Below, piece by piece: positions 10,213 through 18,749 of a stretch of 64,000 nucleotides of DNA (within the stretch, counting starts at the first letter, position 1; the number at the start of each line of letters is the position of its first letter). The stretch spans positions 281,512 through 345,511 of the forward strand of contig OZ246414.1 in the NCBI GenBank assembly GCA_965231125.1, in the 5' to 3' direction. The DNA comes from an uncultured Gammaproteobacteria bacterium. GTDB taxonomy: Bacteria > Patescibacteriota > Microgenomatia > Woykebacterales > RBG-16-39-9b. The position numbers and the translations under genes were made by a program. The notes under the pieces are model-generated. The model searched no databases. It had not been told where the DNA came from and saw nothing but the letters and a program-made list of their open reading frames with translations.

Positions 10213-10680
10213 ATGACAATTATCAAACCATTCCTAATTATTATTTCATTAATAATTGTTTTATTTATTCTCTTTGCGTTTTACCGAACTTGGAAGACGC
10301 AGCATGGAGAGAGTCAAAAACTATTTCTTTCCGGGAAACTCCCAAATCCAAAACTAGACGGATTTTATAAAGGCTCAATCACTGGCCAAACCAATCTTTC
10401 TTGGAACGGAAAAGTTTTTAATGCGCAAGCGAGTAGCGGGATTAACAAAATAAACGATTCTGAAAAGTACAAATTCAAAACTTTCACCGGAAAAGGTTTG
10501 CAGGACAAAAATCTCGAGGTTTTAAAATTAGAATACAATATTCCCGGAAACCCTTTCTGGCTCCGAACCGTGCTAGATGAAATAGTGGAGACCAAACCTG
10601 GAGTTTATTTAGGCAAAACCCACGTTCGCATTATTCCTGGTTTTCCTTTTACACTTGGTTATTTTAATTTGGAAAAATAG
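10213..10680 (+). CDS. Hypothetical protein with N-terminal membrane anchor
   Basis: ORF, N-terminal TM; lies between the two repeat copies. Confidence 0.75.
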   Translation: MTIIKPFLIIISLIIVLFILFAFYRTWKTQHGESQKLFLSGKLPNPKLDGFYKGSITGQTNLSWNGKVFNAQASSGINKINDSEKYKFKTFTGKGLQDKNLEVLKLEYNIPGNPFWLRTVLDEIVETKPGVYLGKTHVRIIPGFPFTLGYFNLEK

Positions 10681-10700
10681 TTGAGCAAGTTGATATAGGT

Positions 10701-10783
10701 AAGCAAGATAAACCTCGCTTTTCAGCCTCAATTTTTGTAATCCAGGTAAGTGGTTGCAGCATCTGCCAAGATGCTATAAAATC
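10701..10783 (+). repeat. Direct repeat copy B
   Basis: Aligns with 10114-10194. Confidence 0.75.
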
Positions 10784-10805
10784 CATCCAACCTAGTTTTT
10801 TAGTT

Positions 10806-11156
10806 ATGAATACCAAAGAGCTGCAGAAGAAAATAGTAAAATTTCGTGATGCTAGAGATTGGAAGCAATTCCACAACCCCAAAGATCTTTCTATTTCATT
10901 ACTTCTTGAAGCAGCAGAACTACTAGAACATTTTCAATGGAAAAGCCAACAAGAAATGGACGATCTACCAAAGACAAAAGAGTTTGGGGATGTAAAAGAA
11001 GAAGTCGCGGACATTTATTACTGGGTTTTGCTGGTTGCCAATGATTTAAATATCGATCTAGAAAAAGAGTTTTTGAAAAAAATGAAGCAAAATGAGAAGA
11101 AATACCCAATAGAGAAGGCCAGAGGAAGTCATAAAAAATATACAGAACTAACATGA
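10806..11156 (+). CDS. MazG-like nucleotide pyrophosphohydrolase
   Basis: RDWKQFHNPKDL...EAAELLE.FQW...EEVAD...KYP. Confidence 0.92.
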   Translation: MNTKELQKKIVKFRDARDWKQFHNPKDLSISLLLEAAELLEHFQWKSQQEMDDLPKTKEFGDVKEEVADIYYWVLLVANDLNIDLEKEFLKKMKQNEKKYPIEKARGSHKKYTELT

Positions 11157-12271
11157 ACAAAACAAGAAAAATCTTCTTTGTTGTTGCAAGTGGTGGTCAG
11201 GAGACTGACAGACATTACTACGACACAATTGAGAAGAAACGAACTGTAGAAGAAGCAGAAAAATTTTTGGCTCCAGAAGAGATCAATATTCTGAAAAACA
11301 AATATCATAGTGGTCCGTTCGCAGTTTGGGGTGCAGTTCCAGGAACTGGAAATTCAAGAACTTGGGATTCTATGGAACCTGGGGATTATGTTCTTATCTA
11401 TAAGTCTGGGTCAATTATTTTTGCTGCCGAAGTAGCTCTCAAAACTAGAAACCCAAGAATGGCTGAGTATCTATGGAGCAAAGATAGTAATGGCCAAACT
11501 TGGGAATATATGTATTTTCTGGTTAATACTGAGAAGGTTAACGTTGGTATGGCAAAGTTGAATCCCCTGCTCGGTTACAGCGAGAATTTTTTCCCAAGGG
11601 GATTTTCTGCAATTGACCAAAATAAAGTTGATGACTTGTTAAATAAGTACGGAGATACCTTGTCTGTACTTAAAAAGATCGAACAAGGGAGAGAATTAGA
11701 AAAGATAGACGAACATAAGAAAGTAGAAGAGATAGTATTAGATGAAAAAGTAGAAAGAGCTCCAACAGAGCATGATGAGATGCAGTGGCGATTAATTAGA
11801 CTTGGTAAAAAGTCCCATGTTGATGTTTGGGTTCCACAAAACGATCAAGGTAAGGTATATGATAACCATGTTTTTAGAAACGAGGTTCTAGAGGACTTTC
11901 AAACTACTTTGGATGTACCGACATATATCAAAAACATTGACGTTGTTTGGAAATACGGGTTCTCAATAAAATCTGCTTTTGAGATCGAACATTCCACCTC
12001 AGTTTATTCAGGTATTTTAAGACTTTCTGATCTTCGAGCACTGACACCTAACTCCATTTATCCAATGTTTATCGTCGCTGATAGAGATAGAAAAAATAAA
12101 GTTTTTTCTGAGCTCCAAAGACCTACTTTTGACAACCCTTATCTAAACCTCAAAGAGGTTATCAGCTTTCTATCTTATGATAAAGTTCGAGAGCTTGACG
12201 AGGATTCTAAAGATCAGGATGCAAACGTTTCATTAGACTTCTTAGCGAGACAAGCTGAAAAGGTTAACTAA
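11153..12271 (+). CDS. Putative restriction-like nuclease: N-terminal PUA/EVE-like domain plus C-terminal PD-(D/E)XK domain
   Basis: WG...W..MEPGDYVLIY N-terminus; IDVVW...AFEIEHSTSVYSGILRLSDL C-terminus; ATGA overlap with MazG. Confidence 0.65.
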   Translation: MNKTRKIFFVVASGGQETDRHYYDTIEKKRTVEEAEKFLAPEEINILKNKYHSGPFAVWGAVPGTGNSRTWDSMEPGDYVLIYKSGSIIFAAEVALKTRNPRMAEYLWSKDSNGQTWEYMYFLVNTEKVNVGMAKLNPLLGYSENFFPRGFSAIDQNKVDDLLNKYGDTLSVLKKIEQGRELEKIDEHKKVEEIVLDEKVERAPTEHDEMQWRLIRLGKKSHVDVWVPQNDQGKVYDNHVFRNEVLEDFQTTLDVPTYIKNIDVVWKYGFSIKSAFEIEHSTSVYSGILRLSDLRALTPNSIYPMFIVADRDRKNKVFSELQRPTFDNPYLNLKEVISFLSYDKVRELDEDSKDQDANVSLDFLARQAEKVN

Positions 12272-12358
12272 ACCCTTGTTAGCAGACCACCTATCTTTCT
12301 GCTAGTTTTTCAGGTATAATTTTATTACTGCCCTGAACAAGGGCTTTTATTTTTAAAA

Positions 12359-12805
12359 ATGGCTAAGTACAGCAAATTAAAAGTAATTTGTGATGCAAGC
12401 TGCAAAATCCCGAATGCAAATGTAAAGGGGAGGCCAAATTTTGGAAAGGCAGCAGGTGCATACCTATTTTTAGATGAGGTAGATAACCGTATTGAGAGTG
12501 GAGGTTTCTACCTCGGAGAAATGAGCCCCTATGAGGCTGAGTATCAAACTCTTTTAAAAACTCTCGATTTAGTAAGTGGTATTTGTAGAGGCGTGGTTGA
12601 AGTTTTTATGGACGCCGAATTTGTTATACGGCATATGAACGGAACTTACGGATTAAAATCAGATGTTGTCAAACCCATTTTTGACAAAATAAAATCAATA
12701 GAAACAGCTAGATTTAAAAAAGTTGACTATTATCATCATTCTCGTGATACGGAGTACGGAAAAGTTGTAGATAATCTGGCCAAACAAGAAGTTAATAAAT
12801 ACTAG
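12359..12805 (+). CDS. Ribonuclease HI-like protein
   Basis: CDAS...GKAAG, EAEYQ.L, DAEFVIRHM.G.Y, R..G..VD.LA. Confidence 0.75.
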   Translation: MAKYSKLKVICDASCKIPNANVKGRPNFGKAAGAYLFLDEVDNRIESGGFYLGEMSPYEAEYQTLLKTLDLVSGICRGVVEVFMDAEFVIRHMNGTYGLKSDVVKPIFDKIKSIETARFKKVDYYHHSRDTEYGKVVDNLAKQEVNKY

Positions 12806-12835
12806 ATATTTAATCGAGAAAGGCGGGTGAATAGG

Positions 12836-12976
12836 ATGCTAAGCGATCATGGTCTACTTGAAAAAGCAATTGAAATAGCAAAAGAGTATGCAAGAAGTGG
12901 AAACAATACACCAAGTGTAGAAGCTGTTCTTGAAAGAGTTTACGAAACACTTAAAAAACTAAACAAGCAGGTATAA
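12836..12976 (+). CDS. Hypothetical 46-aa protein
   Basis: ATG after GAAAGGCGGGTGA; MLSDHGLLEKAIEIAKEYARS...; stop abuts repeat R1. Confidence 0.55.
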   Translation: MLSDHGLLEKAIEIAKEYARSGNNTPSVEAVLERVYETLKKLNKQV

Positions 12977-13046
12977 TTCTTGACACTTCAGGCAAATACT
13001 TCGATAGACTCAGTACAAGCAGGCATGAAGTTTGCTTTTCTTTTCC
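12977..13046 (+). repeat. Gene-boundary repeat R1
   Basis: TTCTTGACAC...AGGCATGAAGTTTGCTTTTCTTTTCC (last 26 bp identical to R3). Confidence 0.75.
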
Positions 13047-13196
13047 CGACCAATCATACTTAGACAACATGGCACACTCTCAAGGTAAACAAAGGCGCGA
13101 AACTAAAAAGCCTAAAAAGAATAAAAAGAAATAAAACCCTTGGTTTGCACCCAAGAATCTTCTTTTTGCTCGCTTATTAAGAAGCTCACAAAATAA

Positions 13197-13358
13197 ATGG
13201 CCGATCCTGTAAGATGTCCTTATTGCAATAGCAGAGATTTATCCACGGTACCTGCCCCTTTTGGAGAGAGTGTACAAACAAGCTCCATCACCTACAAATG
13301 CCAAATATGTCACCGCAGCTTTAGTAAATCCTCTTCAGAAAAAAGTAAAGACGAATAA
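13197..13358 (+). CDS. 53-aa zinc-ribbon protein, copy 1
   Basis: CPYC...CQIC; paralog of 14649-14810. Confidence 0.75.
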   Translation: MADPVRCPYCNSRDLSTVPAPFGESVQTSSITYKCQICHRSFSKSSSEKSKDE

Positions 13359-13361
13359 AAA

Positions 13362-13397
13362 TTTCCTTGACACTCCAGGCAAACAAGCATAAAGTTT
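13362..13397 (+). repeat. Gene-boundary repeat R2 (short form; TTGACA-17-TAAAGT)
   Basis: TTCCTTGACACTCCAGGCAAACAAGCATAAAGTT aligns with both ends of R1. Confidence 0.65.
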
Positions 13398-13404
13398 TCT
13401 CAAA

Positions 13405-13797
13405 ATGAAAACTACTAGAATATTGATCTTGGAAGATGATTTAGAAACTCTTTCAGTCTTGCTCAGAAAGCTACATGAACTTGAAGAAGAGACAGCGTCG
13501 GTTATTTCTGTTGTGACTCTTTCTGAATACACTCAAGTAGAAGAATTTATCAATAACAAGAAGGACTTGGGCTTTGATATTGTTCTCCTCGATCGGGATT
13601 GCAAAGCTGGAGGATCCTTCCACACTCTAGAAATTGAAAAGTATGGTCCAGAGAAAATCATTTCAATTTCCTCGATCCCAGACTACAACCGGCAGGCGCA
13701 AGGACGCGGTGTCAAAAGAATTGTTTGGAAGGACTATCAAAACCTTGAAGATTTCTCTCTTAAAGTAATCGAAAACATTAAACAAATACTTAGCTAG
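13405..13797 (+). CDS. Receiver-domain-like protein
   Basis: ILILEDD, DIVLLDRD, ISISS. Confidence 0.7.
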   Translation: MKTTRILILEDDLETLSVLLRKLHELEEETASVISVVTLSEYTQVEEFINNKKDLGFDIVLLDRDCKAGGSFHTLEIEKYGPEKIISISSIPDYNRQAQGRGVKRIVWKDYQNLEDFSLKVIENIKQILS

Positions 13798-13819
13798 TTT
13801 TTCTTGCTATAATTAAAGC

Positions 13820-14149
13820 ATGATATTGATAATAAGTGAAAAAGCTAGTAAAGAACAACTTGAACAAATGGCTCAGGACTTTGATGGTTTTATAAAAGTC
13901 GTTGTCGATATTGAAAAAGGAATATTGGCTGGAGGTGGGGAAAGGCACGTAGATGCAGAACAACTAATGCTCCAGGAAGGTTCAAAGCAAAGCGATCTTT
14001 GGGGTGGTGGTTTAGATTTGGAAACGAAAGATAGAGACTACAATTCTGTAATTAACCTTCGACCCAATCAAGACAACTCAAGTCGTGATATACTATCAAA
14101 AGAAATTAGAAAGCAGTTTGACGAAATTGTGAAGAAGCTACTACTCTAA
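13820..14149 (+). CDS. DUF5674-like protein
   Basis: IKVVVD...GGE.H.DAE..L..GS.Q.DLWG...S.IN.RP. Confidence 0.75.
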   Translation: MILIISEKASKEQLEQMAQDFDGFIKVVVDIEKGILAGGGERHVDAEQLMLQEGSKQSDLWGGGLDLETKDRDYNSVINLRPNQDNSSRDILSKEIRKQFDEIVKKLLL

Positions 14150-14157
14150 GAAACTTT

Positions 14158-14463
14158 ATGAACAAAAAAGAAAAAATTTTGGATATAGCGATGAATTTAA
14201 ATAGAGTTGGAAACTGGTTGTATGACGACCCGCAATCTAAAGGAAAAAGAATCAATAGTTTTTTGAGTAATACCAATTTGATTTTGGGTTCCTTACCCTC
14301 AAGCTCCTTTTCAACACCTTTCCGTACTACCTACGAGAAGTTTTTGGGTGACTATGGTCAGCTGAACAAACAGATTGAATCAGCCGATATTGACAACCAG
14401 TACTGGGGAGAGAAAGCAATGACTTGGGGAACTGTACTTACTCACCGCTCAAAATTAATTTGA
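14158..14463 (+). CDS. Hypothetical helical protein
   Basis: ORF; stop abuts repeat R3. Confidence 0.65.
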   Translation: MNKKEKILDIAMNLNRVGNWLYDDPQSKGKRINSFLSNTNLILGSLPSSSFSTPFRTTYEKFLGDYGQLNKQIESADIDNQYWGEKAMTWGTVLTHRSKLI

Positions 14464-14605
14464 TTTTCTTGACACAGGTTCTACAAGCCCACTGTTTTAA
14501 AACTTCCTTCCTACGTTTTTAGCTTTATGGTGGCAAGCAGGTAAACCCAACTCCGCTTCGTAAGCTACGATGGACCGGTAGGCATGAAGTTTGCTTTTCT
14601 TTTCC
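14464..14605 (+). repeat. Gene-boundary repeat R3 (expanded by palindromic inserts)
   Basis: TTTTCTTGACACAGGTTC...AGGCATGAAGTTTGCTTTTCTTTTCC. Confidence 0.75.
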
Positions 14606-14648
14606 AAACAAGTTGCTATTATTGTTCCTTACGCTTAAACTTAAGCCT

Positions 14649-14810
14649 ATGCCAGACGAAATAAGATGCCCTTATTGCAATAGCAAAGATTTAGCCACTG
14701 TACCTACCCCTTTTGGAGAGAGCGTGCAAACAAACTCCACTACCTACAAATGCCAAATATGCCACCGCACTTTCAGCAAATCCTCCTCCGAAGAAAATAA
14801 GGAAGAATAG
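14649..14810 (+). CDS. 53-aa zinc-ribbon protein, copy 2
   Basis: CPYC...CQIC; same length as copy 1. Confidence 0.75.
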   Translation: MPDEIRCPYCNSKDLATVPTPFGESVQTNSTTYKCQICHRTFSKSSSEENKEE

Positions 14811-14852
14811 ATAATTGACATACGATAATACATATGTTAGTATGTACCTATT

Positions 14853-15089
14853 ATGTTTCCAAAAACCACTACCGCTAGAGAAATACAAAGAAACTACCGC
14901 AAGGTCTTTGATACTGTCAAAAAGACTAAGGAGCCTATCTTTGTCATGAAGAATAACAAGCCGGAGGTTGCAATCATCGATGCAGACCAGCTTGAAGAGA
15001 TGGAAGCAGTGCTTGCCGTACTTCAAAGCCGCGAAGAAATGAGAGCAGGAAAAGGAAAACTCTTGAAGTCACTAGCCGATCTACGCTGA
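14853..15089 (+). CDS. Phd/YefM family antitoxin
   Basis: TAREIQRNY..V...K..KEPIFVMKNNKPEVAI; upstream TTGACA promoter with ACATAC/GTATGT inverted repeat. Confidence 0.85.
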   Translation: MFPKTTTAREIQRNYRKVFDTVKKTKEPIFVMKNNKPEVAIIDADQLEEMEAVLAVLQSREEMRAGKGKLLKSLADLR

Positions 15090-15095
15090 AGGTAA

Positions 15096-15353
15096 ATGAA
15101 AATCTTCTACTCACGCAAGTTTTCCAACGAGTATAAGCGTTTACCATTCAAAGTTAAATTGCTTGCAGAGAAAAAAGAAGAAATCTTTCGCAGAAATCCG
15201 TTCGAACCTCAACTTAAAACCCATAAACTTAGTGGTAGATTGAAAGACTATTATTCATTTTCAATAGATTATCAGTATAGAATTGTTTTTGAATTTGAAA
15301 ACAACGATACTGTTTGGTTTCATTCGGTTGGCACACATGAAATCTATAAATAG
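15096..15353 (+). CDS. RelE/YafQ-superfamily mRNA interferase toxin
   Basis: LKTHKLSG.LK.YYSFSI...YRIVF...VGTH.IY. Confidence 0.9.
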   Translation: MKIFYSRKFSNEYKRLPFKVKLLAEKKEEIFRRNPFEPQLKTHKLSGRLKDYYSFSIDYQYRIVFEFENNDTVWFHSVGTHEIYK

Positions 15354-15356
15354 TAA

Positions 15357-15417
15357 TTTCCCTGACACAGGTTCGACAGTTCAATGGACTCAGCACGACC
15401 AGGCATGGAATTTGCTT
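15357..15417 (+). repeat. Gene-boundary repeat R4
   Basis: TTTCCCTGACACAGGTTC...AGGCATGGAATTTGCTT. Confidence 0.7.
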
Positions 15418-15441
15418 GTTTGATTCCTTTTATCTACAATT

Positions 15442-15540
15442 ATGCTGATTGATGAGACTGGAAAGATTGAGAAGATTTACGAAAAGGTAAAGCCGACCGT
15501 TCGTGCAAGTGAAGTTTTGATTGATCTGGAAAGAGGGTGA
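15442..15540 (+). pseudogene. C-terminal remnant of a BCP-type peroxiredoxin
   Basis: LIDETGKIEKIYEKVKP...ASEVL resembles the BCP C-terminus; no catalytic N-terminus. Confidence 0.55.
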
Positions 15541-15631
15541 TTGTCATTTCCCATCACGAAGGTAAGAAAAAAGCTGCTCCAAAAAAGAAGGCTAGCAAAA
15601 AAGGCAAGAAATGATTAATTTTATTTACTAT

Positions 15632-15689
15632 AGCCCGCTCGTAGCTTATGCTTTCTGATCGTTGTCAGAAACCAGCTACTGCGCGTGCT
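15632..15689. repeat. Dispersed palindromic element (CTCGTAGCT...GCTACTGCG)
   Basis: Hairpin; related copy in opposite orientation at 29941-29991. Confidence 0.6.
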
Positions 15690-15700
15690 GCGACCATTTC

Positions 15701-16528
15701 ATGGGCTTGGAATACAAGTATCTAACTGAAAACCAAAAAATCCCTTCACTGGGTTTGGGTACTTGGGGAATGGGTGGTTGGATGCGGCCGGACCGTTCCC
15801 AGGACGCAAAATATATTCGGGCGATTGAGTATGCTCTTGAGAAAGGTATTACCCACATCGATACTGCCGAGCTTTACGGGGCCGGCCACGCCGAAGAACT
15901 TATCGGTGAGGTAATAAAATCAGTCGATCGCAAAAGGCTTTTTATCACCAGCAAAGTTTTACCAATTCATTTAAGTTATGAATCAATTTTAAAAGCCGCC
16001 GAAAAATCCACCAAAAGGCTCGACACCGACTACCTGGATTTATATTTAATTCATTGGCCGAATCCCTTAGCTTCAACGAAGAACGCAATGGCTGGATTTG
16101 ACAAACTGGTCGACCAAGGTCTTGTTAAATTTATCGGAGTTTCCAATTTTTCTGTATCTCAATTTCAAAACGCCCAAAAATATGCAAGTCATAAACTAGT
16201 TTGCAATCAGGTCCGCTACAACTTGCTTGATCGAAGAGTTGAAGACGAGCTGCTCAAATTTTGCCAGGAAGAGCGTGTCATCTTAACTGCCTACAGTCCG
16301 CTTGCCGAAGGAGAGTTGACGAGACAAAAGTTTGAGCAATTGGAAGAGGTCGCCAAAAAATACGGCAAGACTCCTGTTCAGGTAGCCCTTCGCTGGTTGC
16401 TGGAAAAGCCGCAAGTAATTACGATTCCAAAGGCTAGTAGTCCAGATCATATTGATGAGATCTTGGGTACGCTCGGCTGGAAATTGGAGAAAGAAGACCG
16501 AGATTATTTAGATGGAGAGTTTGCTTAA
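15701..16528 (+). CDS. Aldo/keto reductase
   Basis: LGLGTW, IDTAELYG, DLYLIHWP, IGVSNF, AYSPL, IPKAS. Confidence 0.95.
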   Translation: MGLEYKYLTENQKIPSLGLGTWGMGGWMRPDRSQDAKYIRAIEYALEKGITHIDTAELYGAGHAEELIGEVIKSVDRKRLFITSKVLPIHLSYESILKAAEKSTKRLDTDYLDLYLIHWPNPLASTKNAMAGFDKLVDQGLVKFIGVSNFSVSQFQNAQKYASHKLVCNQVRYNLLDRRVEDELLKFCQEERVILTAYSPLAEGELTRQKFEQLEEVAKKYGKTPVQVALRWLLEKPQVITIPKASSPDHIDEILGTLGWKLEKEDRDYLDGEFA

Positions 16529-16956
16529 TAAAGAAAGGGAATAAATTTTCGAGTGACTTTTTGGTACTCGCGGTAGGCCTCATCTTTTTTGGCTATTTGG
16601 GCTTCTTCAAAATCGGCGGTAACCTCTAGAATAATTAAGAATAAAACAAAGGCAACTTCAGCCCTAACCACAAAGTTCGATAAAGTTAGAAGGAGGGCGG
16701 CCAATGCGTAAACTGTATACATGGGGTGGCGGATGTAGCTGTAGGATCCTTTAGTAATGAGTTTGTGGTTTTTTACCGGCTCGGGAAAAGGCGAATACAG
16801 CTCCACCGAAAGCGATGTGTAAGAGATGGCGGCGGCGATAACAATTATTATCAAAAACACCAGAAAGTACGGGCTTGTTAAAATAACTGCGTAGTCGGCC
16901 AGGTACAAGAGCGTTATGAAGAAGACAAGTTGAAGGACGAAGAGTAACTTTGCCAT
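16525..16956 (-). CDS. Isoprenylcysteine carboxyl methyltransferase-like membrane protein
   Basis: LITKGSYSYIRHPMY, EE, Y..Y...T.KFIP. Confidence 0.85.
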   Translation of the reverse strand: MAKLLFVLQLVFFITLLYLADYAVILTSPYFLVFLIIIVIAAAISYTSLSVELYSPFPEPVKNHKLITKGSYSYIRHPMYTVYALAALLLTLSNFVVRAEVAFVLFLIILEVTADFEEAQIAKKDEAYREYQKVTRKFIPFLY

Positions 16957-17014
16957 GAGAATATAATACCACCACGGGCTTGATCTTTGAAGCCCCAAAG
17001 ATTAAAATTTCTCT

Positions 17015-17689
17015 ATGACTAAACTATCCCGATCCAAACTGGAACTTCTTTTGGAATGCCCAAGGTGCTTTTGGCTTTATGCCGGTAAAAATATCGCCCG
17101 GCCTTTTGGCGCTCCGTACACGATTAATAACGCCATCGATTTCCTCCTGAAGCGCGAATTTGACGAGCATCGAAAAGCCGGTACCGCCCACTATTTAATT
17201 GAACGTGAAGGAATTGATGCCGTTCCCTATTTGCACGACAACATTAATAAATGGCGGGACACTTTCACTGGTGTTCAATATGAAGATAAGGATAATGATT
17301 TTTTAGTTTTTGGGGCAGTGGATGATGTTTGGGCCGATTCGAAAGGAAACTTAATCGTCGTGGATTATAAAGCTTCCGGAGCAAAGGAAGGCGAGCTTTA
17401 TGATTCGTACAAACGCCAAATGGAGATTTATCAGTGGTTACTCCGACAAAACGGTTTTAAGGTTCTCGACCGCGGCTACTTTGTTTACTGCCGGGTCAAT
17501 AAAGATGGCGGCTTTGCTGGTGGTCAACTCTCCTTCGATATAAAAGTTCAACCTTATGATGGTGATGATAGTTGGATTTCGGGAAAAATCAGGCAGGCCC
17601 GCAAAACCCTCGACGGCCCAATTCCAAAACCGGGCGAAGAGTGCATTTATTGTAATTATCGAGCCGCAGTTGAAAAAAATTCTAACTAA
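17015..17689 (+). CDS. PD-(D/E)XK nuclease (RecB/Cas4-like)
   Basis: CPRCF, GAVDD, VVDYKA, QMEIY, C-terminal CIYC. Confidence 0.85.
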   Translation: MTKLSRSKLELLLECPRCFWLYAGKNIARPFGAPYTINNAIDFLLKREFDEHRKAGTAHYLIEREGIDAVPYLHDNINKWRDTFTGVQYEDKDNDFLVFGAVDDVWADSKGNLIVVDYKASGAKEGELYDSYKRQMEIYQWLLRQNGFKVLDRGYFVYCRVNKDGGFAGGQLSFDIKVQPYDGDDSWISGKIRQARKTLDGPIPKPGEECIYCNYRAAVEKNSN

Positions 17690-17729
17690 TATACCGCTGT
17701 TAAATAAAAACCTGTTATTATAGTAATAA

Positions 17730-18080
17730 ATGAAACTACTGATTGGTTGGATTGTAAACGCGATTGCTCTTTATGTTGCCGTCGCCCTTGTGCCGGGAAT
17801 TGCGGTTTCAAGTTGGCAGATACTAATTCTTGCTGCCGCTGTTATCGGTATAGTTAACACCTTTATAAAACCGATTGTCCAAATAGTTAGTCTTCCAATT
17901 ACAGTTCTTACCATTGGAATCTTCGCCTTGATTATTAATGCCGCCATGCTTGGTCTTTCTGCTTGGCTTGTACCAGGCTTTACGGTAGTTGGTTTTTGGT
18001 CTGCCTTTCTTGGAGCGATAATTCTCTCTCTGGTTAGCACGGTGCTGCACACCTTACTTGAGCCAAAACCAGTTTACTAA
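17730..18080 (+). CDS. YvlD/phage-holin-family membrane protein
   Basis: N.FIKP....SLP....T.G.F..IINA motif. Confidence 0.85.
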   Translation: MKLLIGWIVNAIALYVAVALVPGIAVSSWQILILAAAVIGIVNTFIKPIVQIVSLPITVLTIGIFALIINAAMLGLSAWLVPGFTVVGFWSAFLGAIILSLVSTVLHTLLEPKPVY

Positions 18081-18303
18081 TTTCCAAAAAATTAGAAAAT
18101 TTAAAATAACGTACTAAGAAATTGGAAAAAACGAAGATACGCCGAAAAAATTTGCATTAACTTTTTAGGTATGCTATAATTAATACATCTTCAGCGCCTG
18201 AGAGGGCGCTTTAGCTTTTTAAAGTTATATTTTAAAAACGCAGCGTTAGACCCGCCCACCGCTAAGGCTTTGGCAGGTGGGGAGTATACAAATCACTTGG
18301 ATT

Positions 18304-18684
18304 TTATCCTCTAACTTGGGCGAGTTGGAAGTAATTGCCGTCGGCATCTTCAAAAGTGGCGACGTAACCGTAACCCTCAATGTGGTAAGTATCCTGAATT
18401 TTTTTAACCTCAGCGTCGTCAAGCTGTTTTACTTCTTTTTCAATGTCGTCTACTTCCAAATTGAAAATAATTCTTGAAGGGTCTTGGCTTTTTCCTTTAA
18501 CGTCTTTGTGGTCCATGATGTAAATGTTTGGACCGTCCCCCAAACCAAGCTCGTAAACTTCTTCTTTGTTATCGCCCATCTCGGCTTCCATAGTGATCTT
18601 TAAGCCAACCTTTTCCTCGTAAAATTTTGCCAAGCTCTTTGCGTTTTCGCTAAAAATATTAAGGCTCTCTAGTCCGCGAATCAT
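18304..18684 (-). CDS. VOC/glyoxalase family protein
   Basis: FYEEKVGL, F.VDDIE, FEDADGNYFQL; GGAGGTGA RBS. Confidence 0.85.
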   Translation of the reverse strand: MIRGLESLNIFSENAKSLAKFYEEKVGLKITMEAEMGDNKEEVYELGLGDGPNIYIMDHKDVKGKSQDPSRIIFNLEVDDIEKEVKQLDDAEVKKIQDTYHIEGYGYVATFEDADGNYFQLAQVRG

Positions 18685-18749
18685 AAAATTCACCTCCTTT
18701 AAAAGTGTTTTTAGTGTATCCAAAAGATTTCGAAAAAACAATAGGCCGT

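Noticed and set aside
12977-15417. Classical integron or CRISPR array
   Set aside because: Repeats lack RYYYAAC/GTTRRRY cores, are separated by whole genes and vary in length; no integrase seen
17015-17689. Cas4-like nuclease as part of a CRISPR system
   Set aside because: No cas1/cas2 and no repeat-spacer array anywhere in the window
17730-18080. Holin as evidence of a prophage
   Set aside because: YvlD-like membrane proteins are common chromosomal genes; no phage structural, terminase or integrase genes nearby
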